From assembly GCA_965237965.1 (NCBI GenBank), contig CBDEGT010000002.1, forward strand, positions 77,496 through 141,495: 64,000 nt of DNA. Reading direction: 5' to 3'. Of this stretch, positions 42,186-49,722 are shown one piece after another. This DNA comes from Longimicrobiales bacterium (GTDB taxonomy: Bacteria; Gemmatimonadota; Gemmatimonadetes; Longimicrobiales; Gaopeijiaceae). The notes under the pieces were generated by a model. It was not told where the DNA came from. It was given only the letters and a program-made list of their open reading frames with translations, and made no database searches. The translations under genes and the position numbers were made by a program. Numbering within the stretch: position 1 is the first letter of the stretch; each line of letters opens with the position of its first letter.

Positions 42186-43865
42186 CTACGGTTCCTTACG
42201 GACACGCACACGATATCCCGTGCTGAGGTCCTCAAGCACCTCGACGGTCAGGCCGATCGCCGGATCCTGGAAGGTAGATACCCGTTCCTCTCCGACATTG
42301 AACGCGACTCGATTGGCCGGCTCACAATGGTTGACAATGTCAGGTTGAGCCTGCTGAATCCAAATCGGCACGTCACCGCTCTCTACGTTGCCGTCCACGG
42401 AATAGACCAACACGCCTTCTTGGCAGATCCGCGCGTCAAAGCCGATGCGCTTCCGCGCCTCTATCACGTAAGCTGTCGTTTCGCTCGTTGGGATCACAAT
42501 CGCCTGAAACTCGTCGGGTTGCTCGAACGTGAACACGGTCCTCTCGAACTCACCGAAGGTGATGCAATCGACGTCCTCGTCCAGCACCCATCCTATCTTC
42601 CACTTATGCCAGACCAAGAAGTGGGCAAGGGGGGTTGCAAATGGGAGGCTCATCGGGTCCCAGGCGCCGACTGGCGACATGTTCTCCCAAAAGTCTTCGG
42701 GGTTCGCGCCACCAAGGTCGGGGAGACCGAAGAGGTGCCCGATTTCGTGCACCAGGATGTTGTAGCTGTCAACATCGGTGGCGCCATGCCGGACTTCCAC
42801 TCCGTCGACGGACACGCCGGCGCCAGACTGCTCAGCGTATGAGCTGGTAAATGAGTTGGTAGCGTTCGCGAGTGAGTTCTTTGGGACGACGATGTGGACC
42901 AGGTCGAACTGCGTGAAGTCCACTGAGGCATCTGCCGCATGGATGGCGTCAATTACCCATTCCCAATGGGTACGCACTTCATAGTACTCCATGGGGTGAG
43001 GCAGACGAATCCAGTTCGGAGTTGATTCCGCGGTATTCACCATGCGGCCGTTCGAAGCTTCCGAAAACCACTCCTCGGCCAGCGTCCAAATCTCATCGAA
43101 GACCAGTTCCGTCGAATCAGTTCCCGGAAAGTCAGGGAAGTCCACGAAGAGAACGAGTGATCGCACCACGCCAACGGGACGGAAATACTTCTCCGGCCGA
43201 TGCACAAAGGCCTCCTGTTTGATCCCCTCGATCTTGCAGGTCTCGATGGGAACCGGGTCCGAGACGGCTATGAGGCGGGAACCGACCACACCATCCGTCG
43301 TGGCGAAAACGTCGGCGGCCCCGTAGGCAATCCCTGTTACAACACCCGTTGGGCTGACTTCGACGATCTGCCCATCCGAGGATTCCCATGTGATCGACTT
43401 GTCCTCAACCCGTGTTCCCCCTAGGTCCAACGCCTCAGCAGTTAGCTGGGCGGTTTGCCCTGGCGGGATCATGACCCCCGCGTTGGATCCGATGGATACG
43501 GAGGCGACCATCTGCTCGACCGTGATGGACGCGGACCCGCTCACCGGACCTGCGGTGGCAGTAATCGTGGTGGTCCCGTTTCCGATGGTCTTGACGAGGC
43601 CGCTTGAGGCATCCACGGTCGCAACGCCGACGTTCGATGACGACCAGGCGAATGACTGACCCGAGATCGGGGTCCCTGAAGCGTCTTTCGCGACCGCGCT
43701 GAATTGTTGATCGACGCCGACGGATGCCAAGGTCTGCTCAGACGGTGAAACTTCGATAGTGGCGACTACTGGCTGCGTTGGGCCGGACGGTCCTGCGGGT
43801 TCCTTATCGCCCCCACAGGCACCGACCAGGAGGACAGACAGAGAGACGGACAACACTGTCGCCAT
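42186..43865 (-). CDS. M6-like zinc metalloprotease lipoprotein with Big_2 (bacterial Ig-like) domains. Its ATG and the 26 in-frame codons upstream are supplied by kinase-5' module copy G
   Basis: MATVLSVSLSVLLVGACGG lipobox, Ig-like ..TATIEVSPSEQTLASVG..TITATAG.. repeats, and zincin motif ILVHEIGHLFGLPDLGG. Confidence 0.65.
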   Translation of the reverse strand: MATVLSVSLSVLLVGACGGDKEPAGPSGPTQPVVATIEVSPSEQTLASVGVDQQFSAVAKDASGTPISGQSFAWSSSNVGVATVDASSGLVKTIGNGTTTITATAGPVSGSASITVEQMVASVSIGSNAGVMIPPGQTAQLTAEALDLGGTRVEDKSITWESSDGQIVEVSPTGVVTGIAYGAADVFATTDGVVGSRLIAVSDPVPIETCKIEGIKQEAFVHRPEKYFRPVGVVRSLVLFVDFPDFPGTDSTELVFDEIWTLAEEWFSEASNGRMVNTAESTPNWIRLPHPMEYYEVRTHWEWVIDAIHAADASVDFTQFDLVHIVVPKNSLANATNSFTSSYAEQSGAGVSVDGVEVRHGATDVDSYNILVHEIGHLFGLPDLGGANPEDFWENMSPVGAWDPMSLPFATPLAHFLVWHKWKIGWVLDEDVDCITFGEFERTVFTFEQPDEFQAIVIPTSETTAYVIEARKRIGFDARICQEGVLVYSVDGNVESGDVPIWIQQAQPDIVNHCEPANRVAFNVGEERVSTFQDPAIGLTVEVLEDLSTGYRVRVRKEP

Positions 43866-43950
43866 CCCGCCCTCACCGAGCTGGCGCTCGATGCGGTAGC
43901 GGCCTGACAGGGCTGCGTTCAGGCGGGTGACGGAGTCAGGCATTAGTTGC
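43856..43950 (-). repeat. kinase-5' module, copy G (fused in frame to the metalloprotease gene)
   Basis: [30 protein letters not shown].. The kinase GGMATV supplies the lipoprotein start. Confidence 0.6.
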
Positions 43951-43994
43951 TGCCCTTACGTTGGCGAAGCTCCCCGAACGGCTTGCCCCGATCC

Positions 43995-44815
43995 TCAGTA
44001 GCGCAGCATCCGACGCCGTGGGACGAGGTTTGGCCGACCAAGAAACGCGTATTGGATGTTCTTGACGTAGTTGCTGAAGATACGTCGAACCTGGTAGCCC
44101 GCGACGCCGCGGAGATCCTGCACCCAATCGGTGACGGACTGGGGGCTTCCTCTGAGGAGTACGGATGACGCGAGGAAGTCAGCCTGCTGCGAGCTAGTCT
44201 GGTTGGACAGATAGTACTCCAGGCTTGAACGCCTGGCGTAGTTTCTGAGCTGGAATCGAGGGATCGTGCTTTCCCTGAACGTCGAGATGGCATCATTGAT
44301 GATCCTCATCGATTCATCGGGATCCACGGTGCTTACGTAGATCCCCCCTCCGCTAGCTGCTCGGTCTACTATTTGTGCCCCCGCTGCATAGGACAGTCCC
44401 CTCGCCCTGATTTCGTTGGAGACGGACCCGGCAAGGATTCTCACCGCGACCTGGAACGCAGGGTAGTGTTCATGTGTGCTCGTCGGCCCCCCGAAGTAGC
44501 CGAGGATGTAATTTGTCGGGAGATCGCGAGCCTCTACGGGTTGTAATTTGTCGGGAGATCGCGAGCCTCTACTCTGAGCCCCGGGTCCTCTTTCGCCCAG
44601 GGTTGTGGAAGCTGCCAAGAGTAGGAGCCGACCGGGAGCGCCCTAAGCGTACTCCTGATCGCGGATTCGACGGCGGATCGATCGATCGCGCCGACTACAG
44701 ACAGCAGCATCCTGGAGCGAATAAACTGCTCGCCGTGATAGGACCTACCACACGAATGCGTGGCGACACTTCGGGGTGCGGCCACCGACTGGAGATCCGC
44801 ACCCTGAACGAACAC
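43995..44815 (-). pseudogene. M16-family (insulinase-like) peptidase, C-terminal non-catalytic domain only; 5'-truncated and frameshifted by a ~35-bp tandem duplication
   Basis: ..LLSVVGAIDRSAVESAIRSTLRALPVG.. and ..FQVAVRILAGSVSNEIRARGLSYAAGAQI.. Direct repeat GTAATTTGTCGGGAGATCGCGAGCCTCTAC appears twice around 44510..44575. Confidence 0.6.
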
Positions 44816-45067
44816 GCTCGGAATACTGCGTTTATGACGCTGCGCACGGAGACTACCTCTACACCAGCGCCTGGGTCGAGAAGCTGGTCCGCGAGTTCAG
44901 CAGTGCGCAGCGATTTATCGAGATCACGAAGCAGTCACATACTGACTGATCTCGTAAGCGGAGTCCGCTCGACATCAACTTTGAAGTGCAACACGGGCTA
45001 GGTAATTGAGTTGTTTTCCTAACACTCCTTAGGGGTGAGGAAGCCGAGTCGTTTGCGAGGTCTGTTG

Positions 45068-45586
45068 TTAAGTGTTTGAGCGATACGAGAGCAGTGACGT
45101 TGGGTGATGCGGGTCATGCATCGGCCAGGTGCCCGTTTCGCGAGTGACTCGCGGAGGGAAGTAAGGAAGCGAACATGTCGCGGGCGGAGTCGGGTCGAGG
45201 CGCTGGTGAGGCTGCTCTTCGCCGATTCTATGGAAGCAACATCTTCCGTCCTTGAAGGCCCTAGTCCGCGTGCCGGGGTCGTACCGACTACGTCGGACGG
45301 TTCGAGTGTGCTGAAAGAGCCTCGGCGCAGCCCGAACGGGGGCCAGCATCAAGAGTGCCCGCTCTATGGCGACCAGGTGGACGATGACCTCGACGGCCTC
45401 GGCTTCCGCGTAGTAGGTGTTGGCCCAGCGGGCGATCTGGTTGAGGTTGTTGCCGATGCGCGTGACCGGCCGGCGCACCAGATCCGACAGCGTCAACCCT
45501 GCGGAGCGCGCCTTCGCGTGCCACTCGGCACGCTCCGCCTCGCTGGCGCGAATCTTCAACCACACGTCGCGTCCAGCGCCCCTCAT
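45068..45586 (-). CDS. MobC-family mobilization (relaxosome accessory) protein
   Basis: ..WLKIRASEAERAEWHAKARSAGLTLSDLVRRPV.RIGNNLNQIARWAN.. The RIGNNLNQIAR motif is the MobC hallmark. Confidence 0.6.
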   Translation of the reverse strand: MRGAGRDVWLKIRASEAERAEWHAKARSAGLTLSDLVRRPVTRIGNNLNQIARWANTYYAEAEAVEVIVHLVAIERALLMLAPVRAAPRLFQHTRTVRRSRYDPGTRTRAFKDGRCCFHRIGEEQPHQRLDPTPPATCSLPYFPPRVTRETGTWPMHDPHHPTSLLSYRSNT

Positions 45587-45673
45587 GTGCCGTTGCCGTT
45601 GGGAGGGTCGAAGGGGGCACAGCCCCTCGCCAGCCCCTGCCGGGGACCCGCGAAGCGTGGCCCCAAAGGGTAG

Positions 45674-45708
45674 GCTGGCTCATGACAGGTAACGGGTCAT
45701 GAGCCAGC
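45674..45708. other. perfect 13-bp-stem hairpin GCTGGCTCATGAC-aggtaacgg-GTCATGAGCCAGC, 4 bp downstream of int1 stop
   Basis: Read directly. Candidate terminator or recombination (att core-type) site. Confidence 0.6.
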
Positions 45709-45711
45709 GTC

Positions 45712-46896
45712 TCAGCGGATCGGTTCGGCCTCCGGGTCTCGACGCTTGCCAGCGAGATACGCGGCCCAAGCCTGCATGACCTCGCGCCTCCGGTCCAGCA
45801 GGTCCGAACGGGCGTAGGCGGCCTCGGCCTGACTGCGGACCTTGTGTGCGAGCGCCGCCTCCGCCACCTCGCGCGCCACGCCCGTCTCCGAGCACCAGTC
45901 GCGGAACGAGGACCTCATCCCGTGGGGCGTTCCTGCGATGCCGAGACGCCGGAGCAACTTGCTGAACATCGAGGCGTGGATCCTTCCTCCCTTCGCGCCC
46001 CGGAACACGATCCCGCCGCCGCCGTGGAGCTTCCGGGCTTCCTCGAGGATCTCCAAGGCCCGCCCCGACAGGGGAACCCGGTGCTCGCGCTTCGCCTTCA
46101 TGCGGTCGGCGGGAATGGTCCAGACATCGAGCTCGACCTCGTCGCACGCCGCGCCCCGGACCTCGTTCGAGCGTGTCGCGGTCAGGACCATGAACTCGAA
46201 CGCCAGCCGGACACCGGCATGGGACTCCGAGTCGCGGACCTTGGCCAGAGCCGCCGCCACCTCGCCGTGCGGGAGCGCCTTGTGATGCCGGATGGCGTTG
46301 CCGTTACGCGGCAGCGCGGCGGCGATGGCGTCCCCCGCCGGGTTGTCCGGCCGGTAGCCCTTCGCGACGGCCCACTTCATCACCGCGCCGATCCGCTGGT
46401 GCACGGCCCTCGCGGTCGCGGGCTTGCTCGACCAGATGGGCTTGAGGATGGCGAGCACGTCGGCCGTCGCGACCTCGCTCACGCGCTTCCGGCCGATGCG
46501 CGGATGGGCGTAGTCCCGCAGCGTCTGCCGCCACTGCCCGGCCATGCGGGATGGGTTCTTCCAGGTCGGCGAGTGGATCGCCATCACCTTCTCGACGGCC
46601 GCCTCGAAGGTGGGAACCCCCGCGTCTCTCGGGTCGTGGCCCCAATGGACCGCCCGCCTGTACTCCAGCGCCTTCTCCCTCGCCTCCCTGAGCGTCACGA
46701 CCGGGTACGAGCCCAGTCCGAGATTGGTGGGCTTCCCCGCCACTCGAATGCGCTGGCCCCAAGACTTGGAGACGCGCCCGGACTTCATCCGGTGGACGCG
46801 GAGGTACAGGCCGAGCCCGCCGAGCCCGCCGTCGCCGTAGCGTCCCGGCGTCTTCACCCGCGCCACGAAGGCGGCCGTAAGGGGTCGTTTACGCAT
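45712..46896 (-). CDS. tyrosine-type site-specific integrase (P4-like, N-terminal DUF4102 arm-binding domain)
   Basis: ..RYGDGGLGGLGLYLRV.. (DUF4102) and C-terminal ..HGMRSSFRDWCSETG..LAHKVRSQAEAAYARSDL.. (R..H..R..Y catalytic region). Confidence 0.85.
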   Translation of the reverse strand: MRKRPLTAAFVARVKTPGRYGDGGLGGLGLYLRVHRMKSGRVSKSWGQRIRVAGKPTNLGLGSYPVVTLREAREKALEYRRAVHWGHDPRDAGVPTFEAAVEKVMAIHSPTWKNPSRMAGQWRQTLRDYAHPRIGRKRVSEVATADVLAILKPIWSSKPATARAVHQRIGAVMKWAVAKGYRPDNPAGDAIAAALPRNGNAIRHHKALPHGEVAAALAKVRDSESHAGVRLAFEFMVLTATRSNEVRGAACDEVELDVWTIPADRMKAKREHRVPLSGRALEILEEARKLHGGGGIVFRGAKGGRIHASMFSKLLRRLGIAGTPHGMRSSFRDWCSETGVAREVAEAALAHKVRSQAEAAYARSDLLDRRREVMQAWAAYLAGKRRDPEAEPIR

Positions 46897-47062
46897 GCGG
46901 TGTATCCTACCTGTGTATCACATATCGACGGATACACAATGGTACAATACGGTACGTACCGGCACAAGAGGGAGCCTGTAAACACGGCTCGGATACGCCG
47001 TATCACATTGTAATAACACACTTTACGGAACACTACGGGACCGCATGGGACGATGTTCGCGA

Positions 47063-47607
47063 TCATACTGTTGTACTTGTGACAGAAGTCGCCCTTGACC
47101 TCGAGCACGAGGGCGCTCGCCCGGCGGGCGGGACGGTCGGCCTGCCAGGAGAGGAGCTGCTCCGGACGAACCGGAGGGCCTGCCAGCGATCGATCCGGAG
47201 ATAGGCGGAGATCTGGGCGCGGGTGAACACGCCGCTGTGGAGACAAGCCAGGGCGATCCACTCGGCTTGGCGTCCCGTCCAGCCGAACGCTTCGAGCGCG
47301 TCTTCCCGTCCCCTGAGATGCGCGATCATCGCGGCGCTTCCGTGACCAGAGCCCGGTCGGCCTGCAGGTAGGTGATGAGGATGCCCATCGGGTTGTAGAC
47401 GACGAGCTCGGAGGGGATGACGGTGAGGAAGGTGAACCGGAGCGTGATCGACCACCGCTCCCTCAGGGTCTCCTGCCCCTGCCGGAGGTGGACCAGGTCG
47501 AAGTCGGCGGTCGCGCCGTGGGGTGCCTCCGGTGCGGGGTGGATGCGGAGCACGACCTGCTCGACCTGGAGTTCGGTGTCGGCGGTGCCGGCCGCCATGG
47601 CGGCCAC
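47063..47607 (-). CDS. hypothetical protein between the two integrase genes; two overlapping frames, possibly frameshifted. wHTH-like ..LACLHSGVFTRAQISAYLRIDRWQALRFVR
   Basis: ORFs 47326..47607 and 47063..47455. No family recognised. Confidence 0.3.
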
Positions 47608-47917
47608 CTCGGCGCCGTCACGCGTGAACGCGGCGTTCGCCAGCTCGGTCGAGAGGAAGCGGAGACTCCGGGTCCAGTGCTCCTCGACCGTGGCCCGGCG
47701 GCGCGAGTAGAAATCGGCATGAAGCGGTTCAGGAAGAACTTTGCCGATGACGTTCCAAGACGGCCCGTAACGACCCGTAGTAACCCTATAACCTCTTAAA
47801 CTACAGCGTGTTGCGTTACATAGGCTGAGTCGATTCGTCTATTGCCGTGCCGGGACACCTATTGTATTCTCCCTTGAATAGTGTACTATAAAGTGATCCG
47901 CAGCACGGGAGAATACG

Positions 47918-49072
47918 ATGGCACGGCGACCGGCAACCCTTACTGCCGCCTTCGTACGGACGGTGAGCAAGCCCGGCGTTTACGGCGACGGACGCGGCTC
48001 GCGCGGCCTGAGCTTGCGCGTTCACCGGATGAAGAGCGGCCGGCTATCGCGCACATGGAGGCAACGGTTGCGCGTCGCGGGGCGGCTGACGACGACCGGG
48101 CTCGGCCGGTATCCCGAAGTCTCGTTGGCGGAAGCCCGGCACAAGGCCATTGAGAACGCGCGGGCCATCGGCCAGGGTGTGGACCCGCGCGGCGGCGGCG
48201 TCCCGACGTTTCGCGAAGCCGCCGAAGAGACGATCCGGCTACACGCCGAATCGTGGAAAGCCGGCTCGCCGCTCCCCGGGGAATGGCACTCGACGTTCAG
48301 GCTGTACGCCACGCCGATCCGGGACAAGCCGGTGGACCGGATCACGTCGGGCGACGTGCTGGCGTGTCTCCGGCCGGTATGGAACGTGAAGCCAGCCGCC
48401 GCGCGGAAAGCCCGGAACCGGCTCCGCGTGGCATTTCGCTGGTGCGTCGGACAAGGCTACATCTCGACGAATCCCGTGGACCGCGCAGTGGCCGCGCTCC
48501 CGAAGGTCAACGGCAACGGCACGACGCACCATCGCGCGCTCCCGCACGGTGAGGTTCCAGACGCGCTCCGGCGCATTCGGTCGGCCGACGCCCCGGAATC
48601 CGCGCGGCTCGCCGTCGAGCTGATCGTCTTGACGGCGGCGCGCTCCGGCGAAGCGCGCGCCGCGACGTGGGACGAAATCGACACGGCGGTGAAGGTTTGG
48701 ACGATCCCGCCGGCGAGAATGAAAGCCGGCCGGGAGCATCGCGTGCCGCTGTCCAGCGGCGCGCTCGACGTGCTGCTGCGCGCCAGCGAGCTTGCCGGCG
48801 ATTCGCCGTTCGTCTTCCCGACGCGGGCCGGCCGCGCGCTGTCCTCGAAATCCACTTACTGGGTGCTCCAGCTGGCCGGTGTCACCGGGACGACGCTGCA
48901 CGGTTTCCGAACGTCGATTCGTGTCTGGATGGCCGAAACCGGCGTGGACCGCGAGACGGCGGAAGCCGTGTTGGCTCACGTCGTGCGCGGCACCGAGGGC
49001 GCGTACATGAGATCGGACCTGCTGGCGCGCCGGTGCGAAGTCATGCAGGCATGGAGCGCCTATGTCGCATAG
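47918..49072 (+). CDS. tyrosine-type site-specific integrase, paralogue of int1 (~50% aa identity), divergently oriented
   Basis: ..VYGDGRGSRGLSLRV.. DUF4102, and ..LHGFRTSIRVWMAETG..LAHVVRGTEGAYMRSDL.. Confidence 0.85.
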   Translation: MARRPATLTAAFVRTVSKPGVYGDGRGSRGLSLRVHRMKSGRLSRTWRQRLRVAGRLTTTGLGRYPEVSLAEARHKAIENARAIGQGVDPRGGGVPTFREAAEETIRLHAESWKAGSPLPGEWHSTFRLYATPIRDKPVDRITSGDVLACLRPVWNVKPAAARKARNRLRVAFRWCVGQGYISTNPVDRAVAALPKVNGNGTTHHRALPHGEVPDALRRIRSADAPESARLAVELIVLTAARSGEARAATWDEIDTAVKVWTIPPARMKAGREHRVPLSSGALDVLLRASELAGDSPFVFPTRAGRALSSKSTYWVLQLAGVTGTTLHGFRTSIRVWMAETGVDRETAEAVLAHVVRGTEGAYMRSDLLARRCEVMQAWSAYVA

Positions 49073-49089
49073 TACGCGGAAGGATGGAC

Positions 49090-49642
49090 CAGGGTGGCGC
49101 TCAACGTAGACGAAGCCACGCAGCTCCTCCTTCGCATAGGCCGGTGAGCCGAACCCGTCGGCGATCCCTTGGGTGAGCGTGGCGCGGTTCATCCGCTCGG
49201 GATGGCCGGTGCTGTGCCCCAGCTCGTGCAGCGCGGTCTGGTAGTAGTGGTTCGCCGAGGGGAACTGCACCCGCTCGGGCAGCACGATCTCGTCGCGGTT
49301 CAGGTTGTAGAACGCCCGATCGCCGGCCACGTGACGGACGGGGACCCCGCTGTCTTCCAGCACCCTCTCGGCCTGCTGGTGCGCCTTCCAGAGCGGCTCG
49401 GCAGCGGGCGCGGGCCGGGCCGGCAGCCCGTCGGCCTGCTCGGCGTTGAAGACGGTGTACTGCCGGACGACAGGCGCGCGCATCCGCTCGTGGCGGTAGA
49501 CGCGCTTGCCCTCGGCGTCCCTCCTGGGCCGTCCGCGCTCGTCGGTGACGGTGATCCGCCGGTGGTCCTGGTGCCGTTGGCGCTGATTCTCTAGCCACAA
49601 CGCGACCGGAGTGCTGCGGCGCCCCCCCCCCCCGAAAAACAC
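49090..49642 (-). pseudogene. ArdC-like protein (ssDNA-binding N-domain remnant + zincin-like metallopeptidase domain), 5'-truncated at a C12/G12 tract
   Basis: ..RVYRHERMRAPVVRQYTVFNAEQADGL.. (ArdC N-domain end) and ..HYYQTALHELGHSTGHPERMNR..FGSPAYAKEELRGF.. (HExxH). The long ORF continuing to 48239 is a spurious antisense of int2. Confidence 0.6.
49622..49633. repeat. homopolymeric C12 (G12 on reverse strand) tract at the 5' junction of the ArdC-like gene
   Basis: gcggcgCCCCCCCCCCCCgaaaaac read directly. Confidence 0.7.
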
Positions 49643-49722
49643 GTTTTCGTTGACGCAGCGGCCTCAGCGGCCGAGTTTGAACGTCCCCTCAACGTCCCGT
49701 TCCCCCAGCAGGATGGTCTCAC

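Noticed and set aside
48239-49089. 5' extension of the 467-aa ORF 48239..49642 (-) across the int2 gene
   Set aside because: ArdC homology covers only 49090..49642. The rest is antisense to integrase int2 with no recognisable similarity.
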